A program made the translations under genes and the position numbers. A stretch of 64,000 bases of DNA from Podarcis muralis (lineage: Eukaryota): assembly GCF_964188315.1 (NCBI RefSeq), contig NC_135656.1, positions 1,860,001-1,924,000 of the forward strand. Direction: 5' to 3'. This document shows, in pieces, positions 39,320-53,729 of the stretch (position 1 is the first letter of the stretch; every line of letters starts with the position of its first letter). Below the pieces are notes generated by a model. It searched no databases. It was given only the letters and a program-made list of their open reading frames with translations, and was not told where the DNA came from.

Positions 39320-41114
39320 CTGCCACCACAACTATAATGGATACAACTCTTAACTATGTGGTGCCTCATTAGTCAGAGGCAAAATGTAGGTGGCAAAAAG
39401 GCAGGGCAATGAATGTGACTCTTAACTTTGTGCAACTGCCTACATTGCACACATCAAACCCTCTGTGAAAATAAGAGGAGACATTGGGGCTATCCTTTTG
39501 CTTCACTCCTTTCAGGTACTGGTCCATGCCTAAAAGCGCTGTGGTGCTTTCCCCATGAAAACTTGTTATTTAGTGCATAATTGGAGCAAACATCAGGCTT
39601 TCAGTGGATTGTCGTTTGCTCTGGTTGAGCTTTCCAGAGTGGGGAAAGTGCTGCAAAACAACCTGGGGCTGCAGCATCCTGACGGTTGTTGGAAGTGATT
39701 TGTTAAAAATGCTCCCAGCATTTTTTAAATGCTGTATAAAAGAACTACTGCTCCCATCTACCCCGCAAACAGAATACTTGCATCTCTGGCTTTAGCCCAG
39801 TACTTTGTTCTCTGCGCTAGTTTTCTATTGCCATATTTTTCTAAAACAAAGCAAAACACCAGAGAACTTGTCCACATAATGGACCTAGTGAAGGAGAACT
39901 TTGGTAGGTGGGCTGAGAGTCTGTTGGACCCTGAGTGAGAATCCGGAGGATGAGAGAGAGGGTGTGCTGGAAGGGAAATGAACTGACATTGCTTTATATA
40001 TGTTAGTAACTTAGTATTAACATAATCTTTTTATGTGTAACTGTATTTTTAATAATATTTTGCTTAAGTTGTCTGTTGTTGCTTCAGTTTTCTGTATTTT
40101 TAATATATTAAGCAGTATCGAAATTAAACAATCAGCCAAGGTACCATTAGATATGGACTTCAAGTTTGAAGTCTGGGCTCCCCACAGCAAACAGCAAGTT
40201 GGGGTGCTGCTCAGATAGCAGGTTTCTCAGAGAGCCTCTGAGGTCCCATCTGCCGATGCAGGACTTCCCCCCCAGTCACCCCAAAAGTTCTTTAATCAAA
40301 AAGGAACCTGTTCTGGCCACTGCCACATGAAAAGCTTATTCGGAAGAGAGAAGGGCAGCCAGGACAGCACAAGGAAGGGCAACTAGACCAGTGTAAAGCG
40401 CCATTTAAACCTGGCAGCAACTCTTAAAATGCAGTTATTCTTTCAGGGTTCCTTTAAAAGAGATACAGCAAGCTGAAATTTGGCAACTGTCATGGAAGAG
40501 CTTAAAAGATGTGAGTCAGGAAGCTAGCCAAGTACTTTGTTGTCCCTCTCTAAGAAGAACAGAACAGACACAGGAAGCACCTGCCTCTGCTGCACTACAA
40601 GAAAGTCCAGTGCCACCTAGTGATTAAACCATATAATGACACTATCCACATAGCAAATGAGTCTGTTTGTAGCTGACAGAAGCAACCATGAGGAATAACA
40701 TTGACTCTGAATCGGTGTGCCGACTTAAATAAAATATGGAGAGGCAGGTAAGCCACACCCCACGTAATCAATCACATGACAAGGTGCACACACACCATTT
40801 GGATGATGCCCATCAACTTTGGGGGGCCCTGGCCCCCTGAAATATTTTATTGGGGGGCCAAGACCCATTGGCCCCTAGAAGTTGATTCCTATACTCTGAA
40901 TCACTATTTGTCACATACCAGTTTAAAATACAGGAGCTCTCTCAGAAGGGAAAAACAGTTAGCAATCTTAGGCAGGCTAAGAAAACTATGAGGGTTCATT
41001 TGAGTATTGTGTAAAACATCATACAATGGAGTGACTTTATCCAGCACATCAGAATTTAGGCAAAGGCATTGACCAAGCCACACAGAAAATTTCATTATTA
41101 TGGAGAGTCAGTGT

Positions 41115-41500
41115 GGTGCGGGTGGCGCTGTGGTCTAAACCACTGAGCCTCTTGGGCTTGCTGATCAGAAGGTTGGCGATTCGAATCCCCACGATGGGGT
41201 GAGCTCCCGTTGCTCTGTCCCAGTTCCTGCCAACCTAGCAGTTCAAAAGCATGCCAGTGCAATTAGATAAATAGGTACTGCTCCAGCGGGAAGGTAAATG
41301 GTGTTTTCATGCACTCTGGCTCTTGTCACAGTCCTCCGTGCACCAGTAGCAGTTTAGTCCTGCTGGCCACATGACCCAGTAAACTGTCTGTGGACAAATG
41401 CCGGCTCCCTCGGCTTGAAAGCGAGATGAGCACCGCAACCCCATAGTAGCCTTTGACTGGACTTAACCGTCCAGGTGTCCTTTACCTTTACCTTTACCTT
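41115..41500 (+). mobile_element. Sauria SINE
   Basis: A box, degenerate B box, (ACCTTT)n tail. Confidence 0.88.
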
Positions 41501-44500
41501 ATCTTTAGTGCTAAGTGCATTGGAGTAGGACCACATAGATTGGGGTTCAAATCTTCTTGCAACCATGAAGGCTTTGGACCAAACACTGTCTCTCAGCCTA
41601 ACCTACCTCAAAAGGTTATTGTGAAGGTAAGAGGGAGAGGGAGAGAACCATGTGCCCTTTTCTTAGTTTAATATTCACAATATAAAACAGATTGTATAGT
41701 AACAGTGATGTGGACTGGACCTACCTTCAACCTACTTTTGTAGAAACCCATCATTCCAGCAGGTGCAGGCAGCCAGTGACTATTCAAGGCAAATGCAGCC
41801 CACTAGTCATGAATGGTTTCTCTGGGACTGGATCAGCTTCTTGGTCTTTGTTTTGGCTGATGGGGAAAGCACCTAGCAGGCACAACATCTGGCAGGATGT
41901 GAGCTATGTTAAATTAGTTGTGCTGCTCAACCAATTAAGCAGAATTTTGGAAGGGGTGGGAACTGTGAGAACACAAATATTTCAAATCTCAGTGATGGTT
42001 CACTGTGTCTTGAGAATTTCAGGATTGTAGCCAGTAGCTTGACTGGCTTGTGGGAGCCTCTCTCTTTTTTATCCTTACAACAATTATGATTTTATGCTGT
42101 GAATTGGCATGTGGTTTTGGGATGAAGAAAGTTTTACAAATTTGGAGGAGAAGGAGGAGGAGAAGGAGACATCAGTTAGTTCTAGAATGGATAAGCTTTG
42201 GTTCTCCAGAGATTTCTGGATTACAACTCCCATCATGTTTGACCATTGGCCAGTGGCATAGTGTGTGTTGCCAGAGCCCAGGGCGGGGGATGTGTTGCAC
42301 CCCCTGTTGGACTGGGCAGCTGTGGTGGGTGCATGTGCCAGGAGGAAGTGCCTGGAGAGAGTGAATGGAGTCCACCTCCCAACAGGCTCCTCTACTGCTG
42401 CCTCCACTCACCTGAGCACTAGACCAACCTGCCTGCTGCCACACCTCAGCTGCTAGGGGTCCATGGCTGTCATGGAGGTGCCTGATTATGCCCCCTCAAA
42501 AATGTGCACCTGGGGCCATGGCTTCCTTGCCCCCCCCCCCCATGCTACACCTCTGTTATTGGCCATGCAAGCTGTGGGAGTTGTGGTTAAACATCTGAAG
42601 GACTATTGGCTATCTCTGGTCTGCTCCCTGCAACCTGCTTGTTTCCATATGAGTAGCAAAAGCCATACACACACATTGGCTTTCTGTTTTCCTTCCATAA
42701 TCCTGAAGCTGCAGAGTTGTGATTTTCATCTTTTTTATATTTTAAGGACAGCTCCCTCTTTCAGTTGCCTAAGAGTTTGTGCATTAGAGCAGAGGTGGTG
42801 AACTGACAACCTGCAGGCCCAAACTCCCCCCTCCAATACTTTTTTTTTGCTAACCTGCCAACTCCTTGCTATATTTGGCAGGCAGCAGTGGCATCAGCAT
42901 CACCAGCAGAATCAGCAGCAGCACTGGCAGCATCAACAGCAACATTGCTGCTAATAACCAAATTAAATCTGTCAGCAGTGGCTGTGAGTGTTCAGCACTT
43001 CCACCGCTCTGGGTGCTTTCACCATTCTTTCCAGGGGAACTCAGAGAAGGCAGGCAGAGCACGTTGGAGCAGATCTACTCTAACGATTCACAAAAAGTGC
43101 TAGCAATTCCCACATTTGAGGAGGTGTACAAAATTCAGATGAGTCAGAAGGCTGATGCTCTAAGGACAAAACACAAAACAGATACATCAATCATTTTCCC
43201 CAACAAAATATTTCTGCTGCACTAATCTAGACTCTGGCAGCCAATGACAGTTGGATTCCTATGCCATGGATAAAGTCATTCAAATTAAGCAGATATGCAT
43301 ATTTTATTATTATCATTTTATATACAGTTCATTTAGTCCTCGTTCTGTTTCACTGTTTCTTGCAGCTTCTTCTGGTTTCTGTTTAGACATAAGCAATGTG
43401 CAGTGAACTAAACTTGGTGCTGAGGCCAGCCCCATAATAGCAACTGGAAAACTTAGCAATCATTGTGACTTTTAAGACTAGAGTAGACATTGCCCACACA
43501 GGGGCCCCATCTGCACTATGCATTTAAAGCAGTACTGCACCACTTTAAACAGTCATGGCTTCCCTTAAAGAATCCTGGGAACTGTAGTTTGTTAAGGGTG
43601 CTCAGAGTTATTAGAAACCCTTGTTCCCCTCACTGATTCCCAGAGTGGTTTAACAGTCAACCCTTCTTCCCAGCGAACTCTGAGATTGTCATGGGGTCAA
43701 CACATCAGCAGAGCCAATCCAATGCAGCTCCTGCTGGAGCATTTCCACTGCGACAACCTTGCTGCCACATTGTCCCTTCCCCTCTCCATCCCAGGATGCA
43801 GGAACATGTTGGCTAGAGGGAGGTCAGGTACCTTGCATTGTCCACTGGTGGACTTCAGGAAAACTAAATGTTTGAAATTTAGAACACTGGTAGTTTGTTG
43901 TTTGATTCTACACATTCATTTTAATATGTATTTGTTTCAGGTTAAGTCGAAAGACATTGCACAACACTGTAGGGAGAGGGCTCACGATCCTGCTGTAATG
44001 TTGTACAATTGGGGTTGAGATGGGAGGTCTCTTGAGACACTCTGCCATTAGGCCTGGTGAGGCAGCAGGTCTGGTGGGCAGGGTCAGGATCCCCTGGACT
44101 CTTTCTCCTAAGGCCTCCCTGGCCCTTTCCTCCTGGGAGGACTAAGCGACCCTGGTTGCAGAGGACACTCTCCCAAACTGTCACCAGTGTGGAACTAACA
44201 TTCAGGTGCCAGTCTGTTCGGCTCTGTATGTGGAATGGGAGGGGGCACCATCTTGTCCTTTGCCTCCCAGGAAGCAAAACGTCTGGCCCAGCTGAGAGAG
44301 AGCGCTACATGTTGTTGTTGTTGTTGTTTTGTTCAGTTCAGCTGTCTGGCCACTGGAGGGCAGTGTGCCACTTCCGAGACCATCAAAACTCTAATTGAGG
44401 AGTGAATCTTCTTGTCCTCCAAGGCAAAAGGCTCAACCAACTCCAATGGCCCATCATGTTTCAAGAGATGCTGCTCAAGCTAATCCTCCCCAAGGTACCA

Positions 44501-45597
44501 GCATTGACATCATCATCTGGGTGGGCACAGGCAGAGCTGTGCATGCATTTAAAACACGTGACTCAAATGACATGCCCAGAAGGATGCGACCTGCATAAGT
44601 CATGCAAATTTGCACCATTTGTTCTGTTTTTGTTCCAGAAGACAACTGCTATACAGAGCACTTAAACCTTCCTACTTCTCTTCTCCCTATGAAATCCATA
44701 CTTGCAGCCACCATGAGGTCTAGAAACTTGCTTTTTTACAAACAACAACACAACCTTAGCATACCCTCCGAGTGTCCTGATTTTCCAGGGACAGTCCTGA
44801 AATTACAGAAGATGTCCTGGTTTCTCATTTGATCCCAGAATGTCCCGGTTTTCCTTTTTCCTCCCCTCCCCATCTCAGAGAACAATTAAAAGTGGTGGGG
44901 GTGGGTGGGGGTCCTGTTTATCCTGAAAATAAAATCCCTGCACCCAATGAAGGAAATGGTAAATCTGGCATACGAAGCCCTTCTTGTAATTTTGAAGGAA
45001 AAGGTCACCAGTACACTTTAAATCCATGAACTACAATGCTTCAGCAGCAAGCCATTTTTAATGAGTATTTATTCCTTTATTAAAAAAGAAGCCTTACACT
45101 GTCTATTCAGAAGTAAGTCCCACAGTATTCAATGGAGCTTCCTCCCAGGTAACTGGGTAAAGACTAGGCAGCCTTACACTGCAATTCTAAGCATTTTTAC
45201 TCAGAACTTAATCCCACTGAGTTCAATAGGATTTCTTCTATCGTGTGTTCCTGAGCTTTCTCACAGTTTCCATTACTGCTACTATATCTCGCCTTTTCCC
45301 CTCACAGGGACTCAAGGCAGCTTAAGGCTAAATTTTTATTTTATTCTATTTATCTGTGGAAGGTGTTATACACAGTTCGTTCCCTCAGACATTTTTTCTT
45401 TACAACAATCCTGCAAGGACAACCTGTCATTGACTCAAGGTGATTGATGTCTATGTGTTCTATGTGATTGATGTCTATGTGTTCTATGTGTTCATGGGCG
45501 CATAACGTCTATGTGTGGGGCGAGATCAAGCGCGGGAGAAGCTTCCTGATGCAGAAGAGGATGTCCCTATTTTCACCAGGGAAATGTTGGAAGGTAT

Positions 45598-45968
45598 GGG
45601 ACACGGGTGGCGCTGTGGGTAAAAGCCTCAGCGCCTAGGGCTTGCCGATCGAAAGGTCGGCGGTTCGAATCCCCGCGGCGGGGTGCGCTCCCGTTGCTCG
45701 GTCCCAGTGCCTGCCAACCTAGCAGTTCGAAAGCACCCCCGGGTGCAAGTAGATAAATAGGGAACGCTTACAAGCGGGAAGGTAAACGGCGTTTCCGTGT
45801 GCTGCGCTGGCTCGCCAGATGCAGCTTTGTCACGCTGGCCACGTGACCCGGAAGTGTCTCCGGACAGCGCTGGCCCCCGGCCTCTTGAGTGAGATGGGCG
45901 CACAACCCTAGAGTCTGTCAAGACTGGCCCATACGGGCAGGGGTACCTTTACCTTTACATTTACCTTA
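45598..45968 (+). mobile_element. Sauria SINE (same subfamily as the 38399 copy)
   Basis: Intact A/B boxes, CpG-rich, ACCTTT tail. Confidence 0.9.
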
Positions 45969-48900
45969 TGCCTTAGTTATTTAGGATGTTGTATGCTGTG
46001 CCCATTATAAAGTTCTACAAGCATATAGAATTGTAGAGGATCTATGAATAAAACACAAGTGAAGTGGAACATAGATCATGTCCTAGGAATTGCTAGAGCT
46101 AGCGGGCCTGTCACCCTGTCATCGCAACAGAAAAGCCCTTGGTCTACTCAGAAGTAAGCCCCACTGCGTTCAAGTGGGCTTACTCCACTTGGATTTCCAA
46201 GGGTGTCTTTGGTTCTTGTGTTATTTTGGAACATGTGGATTTGAAAGGGCTGTGTGTTTGATAGAGCTTTAAATGTGAACTGACTCAAATCTCTCTCCTC
46301 CCAACATCCCACCCCGCGGGATCCTTGGCTCGAGATCTCCTGCCCCTTTCTCTCCCATTTTAATTTCTCTCTCTCTTTAAATTTGCTTACAGGACAGCTG
46401 GGCACTGGGCACATCTCTGTTGCCTCTTGCTATCCCTCACAGACCATGGTGCAAAGTAGCAAGCAGGCAGTGCTGGGAGTCCTCAGCCACCTGCCCTCTC
46501 CTTTTGCCCAGAGACATCCTTAAATTAGCATATGCAAAATGGATGCAAATTTGTGCCACAGGCCTGCACCCCTGGGTCCTTTTTTTGCACCTAGCAACGC
46601 CCCTGGTTCTCTGAAGAGTCTTTAATTAGAAAATGGGAAGTGGAAGCCACTGATCTCCTAACAACAGCTCTGTGTGGCGCTGCCTCTTTCCCAAGCAGTT
46701 GCAGTGGAAGGGGGAGAGGCCTTCTCAGGGTTCGTTTCCGTCTGGAGTCTCATGGCAGTTTTGTTTTACTTTACCATTATTATTTTATTTGGGCTTCAGT
46801 ACAGATCTCTTTTCCCCTCCCTTATTTCTTATGGGGGCAATGTTACTGCTGGTGGAACAATTCACAGCCAAGACAGAGGAAAGGAATAGACTGAAGATTT
46901 AATGTAGATGGTCTGCAAAGTGTCTGACTCAGTGCTTCCTGTGTAACCTCTGAACAACAAACCTGAAAAATCCTTCCACTCCAGGTCAGATTTATTCCTG
47001 GTTTAAGAATATGCGCAGTGCTTAGATTATTGGGGGGGGGGATTATTAACGGAATCCCGCACCTCTCAACTCCCTCTATTTTTGCCAAAACAACTCTCAT
47101 ATCTTGGTAAAAACAGCAGCTTTCTAAACTTGCCAGCCCACTCTGCCCCTCCTTAAGATTTGACGGTTGACTAAGTCAAACAATTAAAACCACAGGGCTG
47201 AGTTTGTGTCACAATTCTGTGCAAGTGGAGAAAAGGTGCAGCAACAGAATCCAGCCTCCTGGCACATCAGCTTTCATGCACAGGTGTGGGTGGATTTTTT
47301 AAAAATGGGGAAAGTTTCTAGTCCCTATGATTTCACTGATATGCTTGAGAGCACAGGGACAGTACCTGGCAGAATCTCGGAAGCCTTTTGAATCCTATTT
47401 GCTGATCAGAAAAAAGGAGTGCCCCAGAAACGATGGGTGTCCATGGATGACATGCTATAGAGGAAGTGCAAGGGGAGTTCCTTCCCTCACTTTTCAATGT
47501 GATTGTCCTGCTGTCATCTTCTTCCACAGCCACTATTGAGCTAGATGGACCAATGGTCTGATGTGGGAGAAGATAGCTCCCATGAACAGAGAGGCAGTTG
47601 GGGAGACAGAGAGCTGGGAAAGGAGCTGAGGGCATTGAAGCTGACCAGGTCAGAGGAGAGAGGCTGTCAAAGAACTTTCTGTGCATTGCCTGCAAGTTCA
47701 CTGTTACTGGTGGGAGTGGAGCACATGGTGGAGCAGAGGCAGCCTCATGGAGCCAGTGGTGCATAAGAAGACAAGAAGAGCCCTGCTGGATTAGGCCAAA
47801 GGTCCATCTAGTCCAGCATATGTTTCTGACAGTGGCCAGCCAGATCCCTACAGGAAGCCACAAAGCAGGACCTGAGAGCAACAGTCACTCTCCCCTCCTG
47901 CAGTTTCCAGCAACTGGCATTCAGAAGCACACAGCAGAGCCATCAAGATCCAGCTGACTTTTCCTTCCTTATCCTCCATGATGGAACTAGGAAGGGTTGG
48001 GGTTAGGGACATGCCTTGGCCACTGCCTTGGCCACTGCCTTGGCTTGCCAATGTTCTGCCCCAGGCCTGTTCAGGAGAGCATCTCCTCTACTCTGCCCCT
48101 GCTAGTTAGAGACAAGCCCCACTGGCGGAGGAAGAGGAGTGCGGAGGGAGTGCACCGCCCCCAACAGCGTGGTCCTGGCAGGGTGCCATCGTGGCTGCTC
48201 CCCCCCCCCGCTCTGGGCACCCCACCCCCAGGATGTGCACCAGCCCCGCCTTATCCTGTTCTCTGCCCCCATCCCCGGTACCAGAGCATGAAGCTCCGCC
48301 ACTGCCAAGCCCCACCATGTTTGAGGGGACAGGAAAGGATGCAAAGGTCTGGAGCCTGAATCTCAGTCTCTTCAACAAAATGGTTCAATCAGCACCAGCA
48401 ACAGAGGTCTGGGGTCCCAGAACAAGCAGGAGGGGCCCCAAATGCAGCAGAACTGACTTACCACATATTGGAGGAAGTGAAGTAATACACATTACCGGCT
48501 AAAGAGCACCCACCCGCCAGGGTAAGACCATTCTGCCCAGTCTAAAATTATTGAGCTATGCCACTGTGAAGACTCATTGGAAGTGGTCAACCTGAAGATG
48601 GGTTTGCACACTAGAGGAGAGGACAGGAAGATGCAAGGACTCTCTCCCTTCCATGCCCCTCTTATCTCCTTAGGCTGAAAGAAGCCCCTTCTTTCCTCTC
48701 TCCCTCTCTTTCCACCTCCTGTCCCAGCTGCTTCTTGGAGGGCTCATCCACACTGCTGCTTTTCCAGTGCAAAGAAAGCACAGGGCCCAGCTCAGAAGCG
48801 GCATGGAGCTTCTGCCCTTCACCACTTCTGAAGCAGGTTCTCAGGACGCAGCAGCAGCCGCATCCCCCAAGCTGAACAGAGCACACCTCATCTGAGGGTT

Positions 48901-49058
48901 CATCCAGGCTTCCTTTGCTGCCATGCTTTTTAGGCTCTGTGTCCAAGCAGTTTTATTTTTTGTCCTAGCGAAATATACTACTGAATCAGAGCAAACGGTA
49001 ATATGCGAAAAACCAGATTCAGCAGTAAAATGTGGGTTTTCCTGGGGAAAGTGCTAGA

Positions 49059-49112
<54 letters not shown>
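49059..49112. repeat. Compound microsatellite (AC)n(AG)n
   Basis: Direct reading. Confidence 0.95.
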
Positions 49113-49120
<8 letters not shown>

Positions 49121-49274
49121 AGACTGACAGGACATGGCGCTTTAAAGGCTAGACCTGCACCTAGAAATGTGGCACAAAAGGAAGTCTGGATGATCCCTTA
49201 GTCCCGCTTCTGGCTGGAGACAGATTAACCTCCTCCATCTTCCCAGGGCACTGATGTTGATGAGTTACAGTATA

Positions 49275-50015
49275 CAGTGGTACCTTGGGTTAAGTACTTA
49301 ATTCGTTCCGGAGGTCCGTTCTTAACCTGAAACTGTTCTTAACCTGAAGCACCACTTTATTATTATTATTTTTTATAATAATATTTATTAATTTTCCAAC
49401 AAATTAAACACAACACTACAAAAAACAAAAAACAAAAACCATACAATAATAATAATAACAAAGAAAGAAAAAGACTACAAAACACTAACCTACAACTAAC
49501 ATAACAAAACAAAAACCATTTAAAACACAGTCCAATTTCAATATTTTATCCTCCTTTCACTAATTTCCACGACTTCCTCGCACCTCCCTTTTTGTATTCC
49601 ACTTCTATTGATTGTTTCAGCAATTCCTTTCCATCTTCCTCTATTTTCTATCCTATAATTGTCTTAACACATTCTAACCTAACTTTTCCCTTTAATGCTC
49701 TAATAAGGTCAGAATTAAACTTAATTCCTTGTAACATTTCTACTAAAGCCATATAACTTCATTCCAACATTTTTCTAACATTCATTAATTTTACAGTATT
49801 TCTGTAAATAGTCTTTAAACTTTTTCCAGTCTTCTTCCACCGACTCTTCTCCCTGGTCCTGAAGCGCCACTTTAGCTAATGGGGCCTCCCGCTGCTGCTG
49901 TGCCGCCGGAGCATGATTTCTGTTCTCATCCTGAAGCAAAGTTCTTAACTTGAGGTACTATTTCTGGGTTAGCGGAGACTGTAACCTGAAGCGTATGTAA
50001 CCCGAGGTACCACTG
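49275..50015. mobile_element. Tc1/mariner MITE interrupted by an L1 fragment
   Basis: 18-bp TIR CAGTGGTACCT(T/C)GGGTTA with TA TSD; same family as the 30539 copy, opposite orientation. Confidence 0.88.
49360..49857 (-). mobile_element. L1-clade 3' end nested in the MITE
   Basis: Aligns to the ORF2 end and 3' UTR of the 13210 L1; 17-bp TSD CCTGAAGC(A/G)CCACTTTA at 49343-49359 and 49858-49874. Confidence 0.85.
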
Positions 50016-51506
50016 TAGTCTGCTTGGGAAAGGGATCTTAGCACTATGAGTGATCATAAGCTTTCCAGTCCTCGCCAAAGAGCCCGGGTTCAGTCCCTGC
50101 TATTCTCAGGTGTGTGTTTTCAAAAGGGTCTCAGGTAGATGGTGATGTGAACAACCTCTGCTTAAGATCTTCGTGGAGAGCCTCTGCAAGACAGAATAGG
50201 CAAGATGGGTTGAATGGACACATAGCCTGATAAAGTATGAATTGTTAGGGCCCTGTGCCAGAGGACTCTGGAACATATTTTACTCCAGTACAGCAGGTGT
50301 GGCTAAACTAAAACTCCCAGCACCCCTAACCATTGGGCCATGCTGGCTGGGGCTGATGGGAGTTGGAGTACAACATCTGGGAGACCCACAGGTCTGTCCC
50401 TGCCCCCCCCCCCCCCCGATCCTTGCTTCAGGTCACAGCTTCTCAAATGCTGTGGTATTGAGCCTTCCAAAACCTTAGGGAATTGACTTTTGACCCTTCC
50501 TTACACGCACTAGCTGCAGTACAGAGGTTTCTGTGGGGGCTTAGCACACATTCCCAGGTAGCCATCTTGAGATGTTGCTTCTTCAGCCAAGGCTTGCCTG
50601 TGGTGCAGCTCTACTTTAACCACAAAGAGCTCTTCTCCGCCAAGCTCGTAAGGTAAACATGAGAAGGAATCAGCTGATAAGACTACCCCCCCCCCCACTA
50701 AAAAAAATGGAACAAATACAGAAACAAAGATAACGGCAGAGAGACTCGGTTAATTGACCTCAAAAACACAGCTCCTGGATATCTGCTTGTGTCCGGCGTC
50801 TGTCAGGCGCACAGCCTCCCCATCTTGCACGTCCACAGGCAGATTTTGAAGAGATCCCAAAGGGTCCTGGTTCCTTATCTGCAGAAGCAAAGCTTTCCTC
50901 ACCCTCTGTGATTAAGGAGACATTCAACTGTCTTCCAACCGCTGTGATAAAAAGAAGGTGGAGTGTTGGTGGGTGGGGTGAGGCAAGCAGGCAGAGAATA
51001 TGGCTTGGCAGAAATAAATCCCTCCCTTGCCTTTTTAGATATGATGGATCAGCAAGGATGGATGAAGTGTTCCCATCAGAGGGTGAGTTTGCACGTTGCC
51101 TGCTTTCATCCCTCAACAGCTAGGATATTTTTGTCAATTAAAAAGCCTTTGATTGATCCATCAATCAATCAATCAATCAATCAGTTGACTTGCTGATTTG
51201 AAAGAGTAGGAGTAAGATCCTGGCACACTGGGAAGGAAGTTCCACAGCAATGGCAGCAGATCTGATAGGTCATGTGTCTCTTAGACCTGTCTGCCTGACG
51301 TTGTATGTCACTTTCCATAACATGTTGTTCACTGGGCATAAAACAGAGAAGAGGTATCTGCACCCTGCTAGATGCTGCTCAACTACGACTCCCTGCTGGT
51401 CAGGGACTGATGGGAGCTGAGGCTGCCATCATTATATTTCAAATTTATGAAGTGCTTCACAGCCTGAAGCCATTAAAGCAGGGGCCAACAAGATAAAAAT
51501 GAAATA

Positions 51507-51747
51507 CAGTCGTACCTTGGTTGTCAAATGCCTTGGTACTCAGACATTTTGGCTCCCAAATGCTGCAAACCCAGAAGTGAGTGTTCTGGTTTGTGAACTT
51601 TTTTGGAAGCTGAATGTCCGATGTGGCTTCCACAGCTTCTGATTGAGTGCAGGACGATCCTGCAGCCAATCGGAAGACGCACCTTGGTTTTCGAACCATT
51701 CTGGGAGTCGAACGGACTCCCAGAACAGATTAAGTTTGACAACCAAG
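51507..51747. mobile_element. Tc1/mariner-type MITE with truncated right TIR
   Basis: TA|CAGTCGTACCTTGGTTGTC ... GACAACCAAG; a related TIR-ending fragment lies at about 11245-11423. Confidence 0.65.
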
Positions 51748-53569
51748 TCAGAACCCCCCCCCCCAACAAACTCTAAACACAATAAAGCCATCTGTATGAA
51801 GTCTAAAAACAAGGAAACTATTTCTATAGGTGTAAAATCAATATGTAAAATCACATGTCATGAAAAGCTTTCTTTAAAAAGTCTTCAAGTAAATGCCTAA
51901 ACATTCTGAAGCAAGGCGCCTATCTAATTGCAGCTGGTAATTGTTTCCGAACTTGGAGACCAGCAACATCTGGAGGGCCACGGGTCCTCCCCTCCTGGCA
52001 TAAAGACTTCCACAACTATTACAGTTTAGCTCTCAAGTGCTACATGACTGTCACTCATCCCAGGGCCTTTGCACTCAGTAGCCAGAACTCTGGAGTCCTG
52101 GAAGGCGGGAGTAAGTTTTCTTCGTAATGGACAAGAGGGCCAAATGGAGCTTGCAGAGTCAGTCTCACCAGGCAGCTGCCACAGCCCATCGCTTTGGAAG
52201 GGGCCCCTGCTGCTGACCGCTTGGATCCTGTAACTCCTGTCCCTGCTCCTCCTGCCACTTGCTCACTCACTCCGAGCGCCAGAAAGCCGTGGGCATGAGC
52301 AGAAGGATCAGCAGCTGCTCCGGCAAACTTGCTCATCTGCCTTTTCCCTAGGGGCGGCTGGTGGCAGACTTTGGGCTCTCAGATTTCAGTGGCACCTTGT
52401 GCGATGCTAAAATTCGGAGCCCTCCTCCACTCACACTCCATTCTACAGCACTGCAGCATTGCAGCCGGGGCAGCCACAGTGGTCGTGCTACTCTAAAACT
52501 GCACAGTGGTGGGGGTTAGGACCAGAGGGAGACTGCAGTATGCCTGAGGGAGCCAGCCCTCCCTCTGGGCTTGGTTACATGCAAAAATGGTTCTTACTGA
52601 TGATCTGGTTTATAACAAGAGAGGCCAGGGAGGAGCTGCAGCTTACTGGTGGAGTATGTGTGTTCCCTGGTCAGAGCCGAGCTGAGCATTTCTAGGTGAC
52701 GTAATGGCCCAATCCTCATGGATTCAAATAGACGACTTTCTCAGATGTGTGCATTGGGATGTCCCACTGTTTCACCCTGAGGTTCCCAGTGGCCGTATCA
52801 GAGCAGGACTTTGGAGAAGAGATCTGGGGACCCCTGAGTAGAATGAGTAAGAGGGCCCTGGAAAACACCATTTAACATGCCCCCTTCATAAGGCCAGGAA
52901 GTCCAGAGTCTAAAATCACTGTACATACCCCACTCTGGATTGAACATGGGGACATAGGAAACTGGCTTATTCCAAATCAGACAGTTGGTTCCCCTAGCTC
53001 AGTATTGTCTACACTGACTGGCAGCTGTTCTCCATAGTTTCAGGCAGGAAGACTCTCACAGCCCTACCTGGAGATGCCGGAGATTGAGCCTGGGACCTTC
53101 AGCATGCAAAGCTGCTGCTCTGCTGCCGGGCTCCTGCCCTTGCCCAGGGAACCTCTGCTTCCTGTCAGGCTTCATCTGCAGCTCAGGCTGGCTTATGGTG
53201 CTTCTGGAAAGAGGGAGTGGTGCTGCAGATTATGAAGCAGAGCTGGGATGAGCCCCAAGATCAGGCCGTGGGAAAGTGCACGGGGATTTGCAATGTTTGT
53301 GATTAACTAATCCAGCTCAGAGCATGACTAGAAACCAGATCCTCCGGGCCTTGTGGGCAATTGGGTATCATCCCGGCCTTGCAAAGTGAGCTGCAGACCA
53401 CAGACGGCTGTAAGCCATCGACACACCCAGGCAGCTACGCAGGACAGCATGAGCCAAGATAGAAATATGCGCACACACAAACACACGCATTTCAAGAGGA
53501 CTGGGTCAGTGAACACACAAACTTGAGCGTGTGATATGACCACACACACAATGCACTTCCACTTACTTC

Positions 53570-53681
53570 CCTGTTTAGGGAAGTTTTTAATATTTAATGC
53601 TGTATTGTTTTTAACACTTGCTTGGAAGCCGCCCAGAGTGGCAGGGGAAACTCAGCCAGATGGGCGGGATATAAATAATAA

Positions 53682-53729
<48 letters not shown>
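53570..53729 (+). mobile_element. L2 3' end with (TTA)n tail
   Basis: GCCGCCCAGAGTGGC.GGGGAAAC.CAGCCAGATGGGCGGG terminus. Confidence 0.7.

Noticed and set aside
42850-43062. Transmembrane-looking minus-strand ORF (LIWLLAAMLLLMLPVLLLILLV)
   Set aside because: A degenerate CAG/CTG repeat yields Leu, Ala or Ser runs depending on frame; no good acceptor and no recognisable family.
45441-45488. 24-bp tandem duplication (also a 12-bp tandem at 48012-48044)
   Set aside because: Ordinary slippage repeats with no further structure.
48728-48895. Plus-strand acceptor followed by LLLGGLIHTAAFPVQRK...
   Set aside because: No upstream exon or good donor found; it stops after about 55 codons with no recognised homology.
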